Source: Octopus sinensis
Taxonomy: Eukaryota
Direction of reading: 5' to 3'
Assembly (NCBI RefSeq): GCF_006345805.1
Contig: NC_043015.1
Location: 51,894,001 to 51,958,000 of the forward strand
Length of the DNA stretch: 64,000 nt
Of the stretch, positions 26,518 to 39,245 are shown in pieces (position 1 is the first letter of the stretch; the number at the start of each line of letters is the position of its first letter). The notes under the pieces are model-generated. The model saw nothing but the letters and a program-made list of their open reading frames with translations, did not search any database and was not told the DNA's origin. Made by a program: the position numbers and the translations under genes.

Positions 26518-26651
26518 ATAATTTTTTTCTTCATTGTTTGAAGCTCAGGGTAAAACATAAGAAATAATTTCCCTTGACATCAAGCCTACACATAATTTTT
26601 TTCTACATGCTGCAAAACGACATCCTATAAACATATCCACATGGTAATCAT

Positions 26652-26685
<34 letters not shown>

Positions 26686-26716
26686 GTGTGTGTATATATA
26701 TATATATACATGTATA

Positions 26717-26787
<71 letters not shown>

Positions 26788-27142
26788 CATGTATATATAT
26801 GTATATATATACATGTATATATATATACACATACATATATATATGTACGTATGTATATATGTATATATATATATATATATACATGTATATCTATATATAT
26901 GTACATACATATATATATATATATAAATGTATATATATGCATGTATGATATGTATGTATATGTATATATATCTATATATATATATATACATATACAGACA
27001 ATTACGTGTATATGGTGGGTAATGCAGAGACAGATATTTTATGAGAGAGAGAAAAAGAGAGAGAAACAGAGTGCGAAAGAGAGAGAGAGACAGACAGACA
27101 GATAGACAGAGATGGATAGAGAGACAGAGAGAACACTCATAC

Positions 27143-27242
27143 AGAGCTGCTGAAGATATACCGAGTGCAACAATTATTATCTGTAACGTGAATTCGATAT
27201 AAAATTTATATCTTCCTCCAGCTGACAAGATCATTAAAATTT
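27143..27242 (-). CDS. Candidate host exon (100 nt), membrane protein; weak resemblance to polycystin (TRPP) S2-S3
   Basis: Acceptor ctcattctttttcttcgacAG (27243) and donor GTATGA (27142). Open frame (E)[32 protein letters not shown](L), in unique sequence. Confidence 0.5.
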
Positions 27243-27500
27243 CTGTCGAAGAAAAAGAATGAGATCGTGATTTGATTAATTTGGCTGAAAGCGGTATTTC
27301 TTTGAAGAAACTGTCAGTACATTAGGACACGAGGTACGATCATTGTAATTAAAATCTCTGAGCCGATTTCGACCCCGAGTGGAAGAAAATCTCACACACA
27401 TATATATATATATATATATAACACGTAACAAATACAAACCCACACATCTTTATATATGTATATATGTGTGTATGTATATATATGTATATATGTATGTGTG

Positions 27501-27584
<84 letters not shown>

Positions 27585-27585
27585 C

Positions 27586-28345
27586 AGCAATTTCCCACCT
27601 GTGGGCTTATGTCGAACGACTGCTGTCACGTGTGGGACGTGTCGGTTTATCAGCCGAGTCTATCGTTAATATCGTCACGCCTCCTTCCTTCAAACGGGAT
27701 GGAAGAGCTATTTTTATCATACTTGTGGCTATGGCGAAAGAATGTATCTGGTGGACGCGTCTGAAAGGATTAGAGACAAACACTTTCCTCTCTGGTCAAT
27801 CTCTCATCAACTTCTTCAAGTATCACTTGAAGAAAAAAGTGAGAGTAGAGAGACAAGTTTTGTCTAGTGAATGTTTTAAAAAAAGATGGGTGAATGTAGC
27901 AAGGATGGCACGTATGAATGACGAAGCCACCTTGACTATGATTCTATGAACCGTAAAAATTAATACAGAGAGTTGCTTATTTGCAAAAAAAAAAAAAGAA
28001 ATATAACATGTGACTTCATTGACCGAGGTTACCGTGGTCTTTTCCGTAGGCTTTTCTTTCCACGGGTAAACCTCACCTGTCCTCCCCTTTACACTTCATA
28101 TTGACATTTCTGTGATAACGATCCCTATTGATCATTTTTTTTTCCTCTCCCCCTTTTTTTTAACCCCCCCTTTTTTTGTCCTCTTTCTCTCCTTTTACGA
28201 TCCCTTTTGATCGACCCCCCCTTTTTTATTTTATTTTATTTTTTATTTTAATATTTTTTTTTTTTTTTTAAACCTTCAAAAGAAAAGCTCTACCTTGTAA
28301 TTTGTTCTATCTGTGTGCAGCCCTGTGTGGCTAATAAAGAAACAT
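27586..28345 (+). mobile_element. Tx1/L1-like LINE 3' fragment (ORF2 C-terminus plus 3' UTR)
   Basis: HLWAYVERLL...LVAMAKECIWWTRLKG...CFKKRWV...* (AK.xIW..R / F..RW pattern of L1/Tx1 ORF2 ends), pyrimidine-rich UTR, ends GCTAATAAAGAAA. Confidence 0.7.
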
Positions 28346-28583
28346 ATCTATCTATCTATCTATATATGTATGCACATGTAATGGTAAGATCCAAGGATCA
28401 ATGTGTAGGATGTTAGTAAGCATCGAGCTGTCCGTTTAAGGTATATAAAAAAGACAACCATGAGGAAAAATAACGTTTTATTGAGGTAACGTGTTAAATG
28501 TTTTCCGTATCGAAGTTCAATAAGCTGAAAAAAGTTATTTTACTCTTTACTCCATTTCTCTACCCCAATCTACTCCATTCCTT

Positions 28584-28632
<49 letters not shown>

Positions 28633-28644
28633 ATATATATATAT

Positions 28645-29173
28645 TTATATCACCTTGATCACCTACCGACCAGTCCGTCGGGCGTCCATTTGACACCGCT
28701 GGTCAGAGCACGCTGTCCACTCCTCTCTGGATCACGCCTTTCTCATCCACGTGATCCCCATCGTCCTCCTGAAATCGTAACTCCACCGTTGTGGAGGCCT
28801 TCCGGGTGGTCGTTTCCGCTCGCGTGGGTACCACTCAACAACTGCGCGGATCCACCGATTATCGGTGAGCCGGGCAACGTGTCCAGCCCATCTAAACTTG
28901 CTGCGTATATACTCTACGATGACATCCCTCACGCCGGACTTCTTTCTGATGATCTCGCTATCGATGAGCTCTCTCAACGAGATACCAAGCATAAGGGATG
29001 TGCTCAAGGGAAGGTTGGACAGGACCACACACGCCAACCTCATCAACAGTACAGTTCTACCTGCAATGTTATATGGTAGTGAAACATGGGCTACCACAAA
29101 GAGAGAAGAGCAGAGACTGGTAACGGCTCAAAGAGCCATGGAAAGTCAATGCTTGGTATCTCGTTGAGAGAGC
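28645..29173 (-). mobile_element. RTE-clade LINE 3' fragment with 5' inversion
   Basis: Minus part: MLGISLRELIDSEIIRKKSGVRDV...KFRWAGHVARLTDNRW...WYPRERKRPPGRPPQRW. Plus part (~28988-29173): ANLINSTVLPAMLYGSETWATTKREEQRLVTAQRAME, the immediately upstream RTE segment. Confidence 0.92.
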
Positions 29174-29194
29174 ACACACACATATATATATATA

Positions 29195-29620
29195 TTAGTA
29201 GACTCACCCGGCGTTGCTCATGATTTAAATGGCATAGTTTGTATATATGGTACAGTTAAATTGAAACATGTGACACGGGGAAATGCACCATTGATGACAA
29301 AGCATTTGTGGTGTAAATGAAGGGTTAATTCGTAGAAGCATGCGTCGGTTTGGAAGATTTCAGGCACTAACATTGTTATGGAAAATTTGGGTGGGGTATG
29401 TGATTTCTGAACGCTCCAAAAAGCTCTCAGTGGATATACTCTCCTTTGCGGCTGTCGGTGTTGCTGCGGCAATGCTGAACAATCAGCAGACATAGGAACT
29501 ACATCTTTGTGATAAATGAAGTCTGTGAGGGCGTTCAATAGCACCACATAAGAGAAATCTACATGAAGGAAATGACGTGGTAAGGAGAGCGATTGGCAAG
29601 GAAGCGCTTGAAAACAACAC
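29195..29620 (-). mobile_element. Probable Helitron 3' end
   Basis: Minus strand ends GAGCAACGCCGGGTGAGTCTACTAA|T: the same subterminal motif as the 45586 Helitron, with CTAA for CTAG. Left extent is clear; right extent is uncertain. Confidence 0.55.
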
Positions 29621-30175
29621 TATCATACGATATTTCGGTTGAGAATGGATAGTCGTGATTCAACCGTGCCCACCTTTGCGTAGAGAGTGTGCGACCATTG
29701 TGAGGACAACTCAACTCCAAACGAAAATAATTCTCCATGCAGCGCCGGGATACGCATAGTCACATCAAGGACACGGTCTCTTACTAACGTGGTTTGGTCT
29801 TAGATTCTATTCAGTAGTAGGATAATATACATGCGATATTAATCGGTTTGTAGTCGATAGCTGAAGAATATTTCAAGGCTTTCATCTATGCCTAGAAGGA
29901 AGACTTTGATACTGACGCTAAAAGAAAGTAGTTGAATAGTTGCTCAGGATTTAACATATTTTAGCATATTTTTTGTCATAAACATAGTGCGTCCCAAACA
30001 GTTTTTATTCCAAAAATATGGTACTGCGGAATCAGGCTATTATTGCTTCCACTTAGACAACGCTGTTTGAAGTCTACATCGGTTCATCCATTTAATACAG
30101 CCTACCTATATAATTTCAGTAGCTGTTTTTTCCAGTTTGAACAGAAGCAATACGTGGACCATGCGGGTAGTAGTA

Positions 30176-30703
30176 CATACCTCAGGAAAAGAGGGTTTCT
30201 GCTCCCAGGGGTCCTATTACTCATTATGTGAAAAAGTTTAAGAGTCTAAAACCATTTGTGGAACATAAGTAATGTATGTTCCCAGTTTGGAGAAAATCAT
30301 TTGTGAACTTCAGAAGTTCTGAGATTAACACAAACACACACACACACACAGACACACACACACACAAACGCAGGCACACACACACACGCAGGCACACACA
30401 CACACGCAGGCACACACACACGCAGGCACACACACACGCAGGCACACACACATTCTTAGTTTTATATAGAGAGAGGTACAGAAATTGACGTAAATACGTC
30501 ATAAAGAGTAATGTCCCTTGAACCAATGAAGCAACCAAGTTAAGTGATCGTTCATATTGTTTACTCAGGAAAGGGGATTTTCTGCCCCAAGGGACCCACT
30601 TCCTCATTATGTGAAAAATTTTAAGTGTCTAAAACCGTCTCTTGAACAAAAGTAATGCATGTTTCCAGTTTGGAGAAGATCAGTTGGTAACTCCAGAAGT
30701 TCT
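30176..30703. repeat. Two copies of a ~140-bp module (30176-30320, 30563-30703) around an (ACACACACACGCAGGC)n minisatellite
   Basis: ctcaggaaa.g.g..tttctg..cc.aggg.cc...ctcattatgtgaaaaa.ttaag.gtctaaaacc...ttcccagtttggagaa.atc; a third, inverted copy lies at 62296-62420. Confidence 0.8.
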
Positions 30704-30755
30704 GCGCGTTTATACACACACATCCTCAGTTAAATATATATATGTGTGTGTGTGT

Positions 30756-31065
30756 GTAGGCGCAATGGCCCAGTGGTTAGGGCAGCGTACATGTGGTTGT
30801 AGGATCGCGGTTTCGATTCCCAGACCCGGCGTTGTGAGTGTTTTTTGAGCGAAAGCACCTAAAGCTCCACGAGACTCAGACAAAGGGAGGGGAGCGATCC
30901 CTGCTGTACTCTTTCGCCGCAACTTTCTCTCTCTCTCTTTCTTCTGTTGGCCTGCTCGCTTAGCCAGCGGGGTGGCATCATTTGGAGGCTAAAACAGTGC
31001 GAAGTGCATTGTGACCAGTGATGTGTAGCAACATCTGATAGCCTGGTCTGTCACGGTGATCATGG
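30756..31065 (+). mobile_element. Family C SINE, type-II tail
   Basis: GGCGCAATGGCCCAGTGGTTAGGGCAGC...GGTTTCGATTCC head; tail GGCCTGCTCGCTTAGCCAGCGGGGTGGC...GTCACGGTGAT. Confidence 0.88.
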
Positions 31066-31117
<52 letters not shown>

Positions 31118-31463
31118 CTTGTCCTGTCTTTTACCGTTATAATTTGTACTGTCGTTGCTGTCCTGTTTTTGTTACCATGTTTTACCCCTCTGCGAAAACA
31201 TCTCAGAATTTTAATTGATTTGCTTTTCGCACGAAGGAAAGTTTCTTGTCGAAGATACGTCTCGCTTTCACCTTCGAAACGTAGAGTAGATGAAACCATA
31301 GCGACTGAAGAAGGGGGTTTTTCTTTGTGTTAATTGTCCTGTACTCTATATTTTTGTTGTTTAAAAAAATGTCCAGTTCCTTGGGTTTGTGTCTATGTTT
31401 TCGTTTCTCATTGTGTTCGACGTCTTTTTGGTGTCCTGTACTCATATATGCGTGTATATGTAC

Positions 31464-31562
31464 ATACTCTTTACTCTTTTACTCTTTTACTTGTTTCAGT
31501 CATTTTGACTGCGGCCATGCTGGAGCACCGCCTTTAGTCGAGCAAATCGACCCCAGGACTTA
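31464..31562 (-). mobile_element. Family B SINE tail fragment
   Basis: ctctttactctttt...gtttcagtcattttgactgcggccatgctggagcaccgcctttagtcgagc. Confidence 0.85.
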
Positions 31563-31615
31563 TGTAGAGGTAGGTACGTACATATATGTTTATATATATG
31601 CATATGTTTTATTTA

Positions 31616-31694
<79 letters not shown>

Positions 31695-32423
31695 TAGCGA
31701 GAGAGAGAAAGTGTGAGACAGAAAGAGGGAGAGCAAAAGAGATAAGTCATAAAAAGTCAGGAGGTATGAGTGCTGAATACATTTATTTAATCAATTGTCA
31801 CTCTTAGGAATACGGTCGTTTACATACTCCTCATGAAATGATTTCATCGACTGGTTATTCTGGATATCTGATGCATAAAACTCTTCATTTTATTCCTCCG
31901 TACTGGTTTAATATATAATCTTCTAGTTGAGTCCGCTAGAGGAGCTCTCATCGGGTTCAATACTTCAAAAATAACCTGAGAGTAAATTTTTTTTAAACTG
32001 TATATTTTGAATTGATATTATTTAAGCCCAGCCCAGTTATGACAGAGCTTACCCCCTCCAATCGTGGCTATACCCCATTTTCTATATCTAGGCGTATGAT
32101 TTTACGTATGTTCTCTCCGTTCATTTTAAATATACTACGGTGAAATTTGATGAAATTTTGGCTGATTTGTCTAGCGGCCATTCCAACCAGAGAGAGGGAA
32201 CTTCATTGACTCTCGTGTTATATTTTGAGTACATTTAGGATATACGCACCGACCTCGTAAAACCCCAAACCCCTCAAAACAGACCCATGTGCTGGAGGGT
32301 TATCGCTGCGTCGTGCAAAGGTATCTCCCGCCAGGATTAGAGAATCACCTACAAATATTGGATGCTACGACTTCGCTGTTAGAGTGATTGCTCTCACTAC
32401 TACTACTACTACTACTACTACTA

Positions 32424-32458
<35 letters not shown>

Positions 32459-32892
32459 GTTTGTAGTTAACGCTCTTGATGCTCTTTGATGTTAAATTGC
32501 TCTGTTAAGGAGTGGAACAAAAACATAAACAGAAAAATCTGTGACGGGCAATGTCTTTCGACATTAGGAACATACAACGAACATAACAATTTAATATTTC
32601 TGCACAACGACGGTATTTTGCTTCTGTAATTATGTATTGAGAATTGTAAAGATCTGCCTTGGGCCAATACATATGAATTCTAAAGGATCAGTCGTCGTAG
32701 CAGAGGATGGAGAATTCGTAGTAGTGATGTCTATTTCTTTAGTTTGCAAAGCAGAATTCAACACCTCTTGATTGTCCCGGAGAAAAATAAACACACATCA
32801 GACATATGATTGTAAATAGTATCACCCCACTTTCAGTTTCTCGCCTTTCTCTTTTTTTTTCCGAAGGATATTCACTCACGTATATGCACAAA

Positions 32893-32935
<43 letters not shown>

Positions 32936-32939
32936 ACTC

Positions 32940-33185
32940 ACACTTTCGCACCCACTCGTATTATTATTATTATTACTATTATCAACATCATCATCACCAT
33001 CACCATCATCATCATCATCATCATTATTAATTTGTTTTTATTATTATTATCATTATCATCATCATCATCATCATCATCATCATTATTATTATTATTATCA
33101 TTATCATCATTATTATTATCATTATTACTGTTATTATTATTATTATTCAGCAGTCTTATTTTTATCACTTGCTTTCACTACCCTA

Positions 33186-33237
<52 letters not shown>

Positions 33238-33286
33238 ATTGTTGTTGTTGTTGTTGTTGTTGTTGTTATTATTATTATTATTGTTG

Positions 33287-33363
<77 letters not shown>

Positions 33364-33370
33364 TTATTAC
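32940..33370. repeat. (ATT)n/(ATC)n/(GTT)n microsatellite field
   Basis: Direct trinucleotide runs. Confidence 0.95.
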
Positions 33371-33689
33371 TATTATTGTTGTATTTTTTTATACAAACTG
33401 TTCCGTGTCATAGACAAGACGTTACATTTTAGTATGGGTGTTATTTATAATTAGCTACGAGATATTTTGCAGGGGAAAAATAGGACAGAATCTAAGTGAG
33501 AGTCTCTTGAAATTGGGTGATATTTCAATTCTGAGACACTATGAAGAGAATCATGCATTTTCCAGGTAGACCCACTTCGAGGGCAATATCCATGACGACG
33601 ATCTTCTTCTTCTTCTTCTTCTTCTTCTTCTTCTTCTTCTCTTCTTCTTCTTCTTCTCTTCTTCTTCTTCTTCTTCTTCTTCTTCTTCT

Positions 33690-34237
33690 TCATTTTCTCT
33701 TTATCACAGGTTTTGTTGGAACTCCTGGAGTCTTGCATGCATAGCGGGTTTACTACCTGCAGCATTCGGTACCATGCTATTCGTTCTTTTTAGCTATTTA
33801 ATACTTTATTCCAATTTCCTTTATATTCCCCCTGATGCTTTCTGATACTGTCCCCAAGGACCCAACAATATTTAGTACTATCTTCACCTTCTTCATTTTC
33901 CATAACCGGACTATTTCGTACTTAAGGGAATCTCTATCAATCTTTTCACCTTCCTTCTTGACTATTCGTAGGTCAAAGGGACATGCAGCGTCAGCGATAT
34001 AGCATATGTGGCGCGCTCCTTGTCCACCACCACTATGTCTAGTTTGTTATGCTCTACTGCCTGATCTCTTTGGATTGGAATATCCAAGGGGATTTTGCTA
34101 GTCTCGACTCTGCCACTCTCTCCGGTTTATTCTCATACCACGCCTTGCATTTTTCTAGGACTCACTCTTTGTACAGTTTCCAATGTAGCACTTTCGCTAC
34201 CTGGTCGTGTTGCCACAACTTGTAGTGGTTTTGGGTA
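33690..34237 (-). mobile_element. Second R4/Dong LINE remnant (RLE domain), different subfamily
   Basis: QNHYKLWQHDQVAKVLHWKLYKE*..KAWYENKPERV...EHNKLDIVVVDKE..YIADAACPFDLRIVKKEGEKID...EIVRLWKMKKVKIVLNIVGSLGTVS, with frameshifts; (GAA)n at the 3' side. Confidence 0.85.
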
Positions 34238-34280
<43 letters not shown>

Positions 34281-34291
34281 TACTACTATTG

Positions 34292-34322
<31 letters not shown>

Positions 34323-34538
34323 CAGCAGCAGCAGTAGCAGTAGTAGTAGTAGTAGTAGTAGTATTATATTATTATTATTATTATAGTAGTAGTAGTAGTA
34401 GTAGTAGTAGTAGCAGTAGCAGCAGTAGCAGTAGCAGTAGCAGTAGTAGTAGTATTAGTATTATTATTATTATTAGTAGTAGTAGTAGTGTAGTAGTAGT
34501 AGTAGTAGCAGTAGCAGTAGCAGTAGCAGTAGTAGTAT

Positions 34539-34570
<32 letters not shown>

Positions 34571-34590
34571 TTATTATTATTGTTGTTGTT
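34238..34590. repeat. (ATT)n/(AGT)n/(AGC)n microsatellite field
   Basis: Direct trinucleotide runs. Confidence 0.95.
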
Positions 34591-34595
34591 AATTA

Positions 34596-34825
34596 GGGCG
34601 GTGAGCTGTCAGAGCCATTATCACGTCGGGCAAAATGCTTCGCGGGAAGGATTTCATTCCTCTTTATGTTATGAGTTAAAATTCCGCTGAGATCGAATTT
34701 GTCTTTTATCCTTTCGGGATCGTTGAAATAAGTACTAGTGAAATACTGGGATCGATGTAATCGACCTACACCATCCCCCGAAATGTTTACAGGCCTTGTG
34801 CCAACCTTTGAAATCAACATCAATA
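34596..34825 (+). mobile_element. Family A SINE, diverged, plus strand
   Basis: ggcggtgagctgtcagagccattatc...ttatcctttcgggatcgttgaaataagtactag...ggccttgtgccaacctttgaaatc. Confidence 0.78.
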
Positions 34826-35014
34826 TTATTAATTTTTTCTTGCCGCGTGTCTACCGAGTGCATTCTTATCTGCACCTGAAACCCCGTAGAACTTAGAATG
34901 AGGGTCATTAATGCCCTAGGTAGGTCATTATTGCCCTTCGTCTTAATATGTAACAAATCTAAAGATGCTTATGGCTTTACCATTTAGAATCCATATACCT
35001 GTACATGAGGTGGT

Positions 35015-35400
35015 GGAGGCGCAATGGCCCAGTGGTTAGGGCAGCGGACTCGTGGTCATAGGATCGCGGTTTCGATTCCCAGACCGGGCGTTGTGAGTGT
35101 TTATTGAGCAAAAACACCTAAAGCTCCACGAGGCTCCGGCAGGGGATTGTGGTGATCCCTGCTGTACTCTTTCACCACAACTTTCTCTCACTCTTACTTC
35201 CTTTTTCTGTTGTACCTATATTTCAAAGGGCCGGCCTTGTCACTCTCTGTGTCACGCTGAATATCCCCGAGAACTACGTTAAGGGTACACGTGTCTGTGG
35301 AGTGCTCAGCCACTTACACGTTAATTTCACGAGCAGGCTGTTCCGTTGATTCGGATCAACCGGAACCCTCGTCGTCGTAACCGACGGAGTGCTTCCACAA
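35015..35400 (+). mobile_element. Family C SINE, type-I tail, full length
   Basis: tRNA-like head, shared body, then GAGAACTACGTTAAGGGTACACGTGTCTGTGGAGTGCTCAGCC...CCGACGGAGTGC. Confidence 0.9.
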
Positions 35401-36699
35401 TTAGAGGTGGCATACAGTAGAAAAAAAAAAACCGGAATAAAAGTAGAATATGATGGCGAACCAACGAGGAAACTGTCTGTCGATATTTTGGAAATCAGAG
35501 CCAAATCTCTCAAAAACATAGATTAGTATCGTAAATATAAAATGGTCACATTGAAAAATGTAGTCTTACATAAAGAAAAATCCACAGCTGGATTGCTTTC
35601 GATCCACAGAAACTTTAATCAGGTCTAAGCAACAACAGCAACAGCAACAACATCAATAAGTGTGCTACGATCTTAGGTTGAGTGAATTAACGCATCGCAA
35701 GTTTTCTCGAATAGGTTCGCATCTAATCATTTTGTATTATGCAGCGAGAACAAGCACAAGAAAAAAGATCGTTGCAGAGAGGATTTAGCTCCTGTTATTG
35801 ATTCATCTGCATAGCTTTGCAGATTTACTGAAATACAGCATGAAATTATGCTGCCTTTCATTAATTATTTGCCATATCTAGCGGGCAATCAAGGCAACAT
35901 GTACACAGAGACGTAAAGCATAATGATATCCTAGCAATTAGTGACTTAATGAGACTGTGCTAATGTAGGTTTTCCACAGCATTGCAGATGTTGTAATAAC
36001 AGTAATAGTGTTTGTTGTTGTGGTTGATTTTTACTGTTGTTGTGAATTTTATTGCACTCAATTGTATTAGTATCTTACTTCAGCTCCAAATTTGATCGAA
36101 CCGATTCCTTAGAAAAGGCGTTCCAGCCGTGACGACCCTCTAATTTCTTTATTTCTTTCATGTGTACTCTATCTGCGATCAAGTTATCAAATATATCGTT
36201 CCTCTAATTTTATGAATTTCGAGTTCCTTTCTGTAACGTTTCGACACTAAATATAGAAAGCCGAACAGCGATTTACAGTTCCTTTCGTTGGCTCGCTAAT
36301 TAATCCTTTAGAATTTTGATGCTTGTGTGTTGGACTCCTACATGGAGCTATATTCAGTCCTACTCCAATTTCTATTTGAGCAGCCTCCAAATTCCACATA
36401 TTTCTCCTTTGTTCATACACACTCAACGAGCGGTTCCCGCCGACCAACCCGTTTGAATTGATGAACCAGATATAGGCATTATTGAGCTGAGTTCACTCTC
36501 TCACAATAATCCGCACCAAGTTTACAGGCTGAAAATAACCGATGTATTGCAACTATTCTCCATGGCTTTCAACGCAAGTCCCAAAGGTCGTACTAAAGTT
36601 TCCTCTACCCTCTCCTCCCTCCATAAATTTTATGTAGATAAGCTTCATTGATTGGACAAGGGACTGGTCTATGGCGTCATTTACTTAATTCCTAGGAAT

Positions 36700-37080
36700 A
36701 CTCTTTTACTTGTTTTCAGTCATTTGACTGCGGCCATGCTGGATCACCGCCTTTAATCGAGCAACTCGACCCCGGGACTTATTCTGTGTAAGCCCAGTAC
36801 TTATTCTATCGGTCTCTTTTTGCCGAACCGCTAAGTGACGGGGACATAAACACACCAGCATCGGTTGTCAAGCGATGTTGGATGGGACAAACACAGACAC
36901 ACAAACACACGCACACACACACATATATATATATATACATATATACGATGGGCTTCTTTCAGTTTCCGTCTACCAAATCCACTCACAAGGCTTTGGTCGG
37001 CCCGAGGATATAGTAGAAGACACTTGCCCAAGGTGACACGCAGTGGGACTAAACCCGGAACCACACAGCCACTCCTACGC
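36700..37080 (-). mobile_element. Family B SINE with internal head deletion
   Basis: All family B modules present in reverse; the catgtggttggtaagcaagctactt segment is missing from the head. Confidence 0.88.
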
Positions 37081-37600
37081 CTTTACAAAAATTGATAAGA
37101 TATTTAACCAATTTCCTCCAGTAAATACCTATGAGGATAAATGGACACTGTTGACATTGTTTATTTGTATAATCTCTTTTATATATAACACTGGAATAGA
37201 CAAAATCTGAAGCATTTCTGGTTTTGTAACATAAAGGACAAGTAAAACGAAGATCCGGAATTTAACAGGCATTATTCCTGTTATTTTAATTCCCTACTGA
37301 CGTCGCTAGATACTGTTCTCATGCCAAGTAGACCATTTTTCAAACGGTTTATTGCATAAACAGTAGGTACATTCAGGTGAACAGAATCAATACTTAATGC
37401 TTAGCTAATTAACTATATCTACTGTTTCCCGTATGATGATACGAATAATTACAAAACCACCATTGTAAAATACGTCATTGCCAAAAGCGCCCTGTCATTT
37501 GAAACACTTATGTATGATACTAATGCAGAAATTTAAGTTCTTGAACACTAGAACTGAGATCCCGATATTATGTAAATAGCGGAATTTATCTATAAATATA

Positions 37601-37737
37601 ATATGTGACAATTAGTTGGTTGTTATAACAAAACTCAGTGTTTGTTTGTCTTGATAACTGATGAGGGGCCGGAGCAGACTTCAGCCCCGGCATCCGAAAC
37701 TGAGTTTTATTATGACAACCAACTAATTGGCACATAT
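37601..37737 (+). ncRNA. Type III hammerhead-like motif closed by a 38-bp stem
   Basis: CUGAUGA at 37658-37664, long stem II 37665-37695, GAAA at 37696-37699. 37601-37638 pairs with 37700-37737 (3 differences). The cleavage triplet is GUG and stem I is degraded. Confidence 0.6.
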
Positions 37738-38344
37738 CATATATACACATATACATATATACAGCAATATATTTTTACAGCAATAGCAGTTTATTCCAAT
37801 GAGATAAATAAACAAGATATGCCTGTCTCTATAGACAATAGCGCTCCATATATAGTAAGCATTACTGCGGCTAACAATCTAGACAATTACAAAATCGTAG
37901 TCACAGCTATTTTGATAATTACAACGCAATTGCACAAATTCAGCAAAATTCATTTTTTAATTACATATATATTTTTTTAAAATTATGAATTATGATTTAT
38001 TTTATTTGTTTTCTATTTAAAATAATCAGATTTGAAGTATCAAACATCAGTTTAATTTGTTTTCAATTTAGCTTGAATTTTAATCAATAAAGAATAATAG
38101 TAATTAGTCATAGAATATGTTGTAGGTTGGTGGTGAATGAAAGTAGCATAATGTTGTGTAGATGATGTTGATTAGGCGCTATCACTGGCCTGAACGGTGT
38201 GTATTGTACCTAAACTATTTCCAATTAGAAATGAAAATTGTTTTAAATGAAAACTACATATTCATGCGTTTGTATTTAGACATATGAATACATGTATAGT
38301 TTCGTATCTTTTGCTCAAGAGGCGGTTCGAGACTAAATATTGAT

Positions 38345-38539
38345 TTTAAATTTTTAGCACGAGACCAGCAATTTATAGAGAGGTGTTAAGTCGATCACAT
38401 CGATCACATTGGTACTTATTTTATCGACCAAAAAGTGATGAAAGGCAACGTGGACTTTTGGCGGAAATTGAACTGAGAACGTAAATGCCGCTAATTATTT
38501 TGCCCGGCGTTCTAACAATTATACCAGCTCGCCACCTTT

Positions 38540-38540
<1 letters not shown>
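38345..38540 (-). mobile_element. Family A SINE, decayed
   Basis: ttggtacttattttatcgacc...gatgaaaggcaacgtggac...ttgaactgagaacgta...ccagctcgccacct. Confidence 0.75.
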
Positions 38541-38601
<61 letters not shown>

Positions 38602-38923
38602 CTGTTTATAAAGTGGCACATAAAATCATCATTGACTCTCGTGTTACATCTTGTGTGCACACTTAGGATTCGCACTTTGATCTCGTAGAACCCTCACCAG
38701 CTACAACTACTCAAACAGGTACATGGTCTGTAGGGTTGTCGCCTAAGTGGTGCAAACGTGTGAGCTGCTGGGTGAAGGGAATCACCAAGAGATTATAATA
38801 ATTTTTTATTGATCCCAAAAAGACGACATCAAAGGCTGAAATGCATCACTCAAAAAGATGGGTGTCTATTGATCAAAAGGGATGCACAGCAACAATAATA
38901 ATTTGACAAATATGATAAATTAA

Positions 38924-39245
38924 AGACTTTTTGCCAACATAACGTGGCAGTCCTGGATGGGACGAATATTACTGTTGTTTAGCCCCAGGAAACGTCGTTT
39001 CTAGCTGGCTGTACGACACAATACCTGTGTCCTTATCTGTGCACTCCCATCCAGCACAAAATAACAACTGTGGACCGGTTTCTGGGTTATCGCTCTTTCT
39101 CAGCACAGAGTAACTGTTCGGCTAGACGGAGCTGATGAACTTCTATGTCGTATAGCCAACTGGAAACGACGTTTCCTGGGGTTAAACAACAGTAACATTA
39201 GTCCCATTCAGGACTGCCATATTATATTGGCTAATAGTCCTTACT
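38924..39245. mobile_element. MITE with ~95-bp TIRs, Kolobok-like
   Basis: TIRs ~38924-39018 and 39146-39245; TTAA at 38920-38923 and 39246-39249; termini AG...CT (RR/YY), the Kolobok signature. Confidence 0.7.

Noticed and set aside
39132-39175. CUGAUGA...GAAA hammerhead in the Kolobok-like MITE
   Set aside because: Stems I and II do not pair in register; the GAAA belongs to the TIR palindrome.
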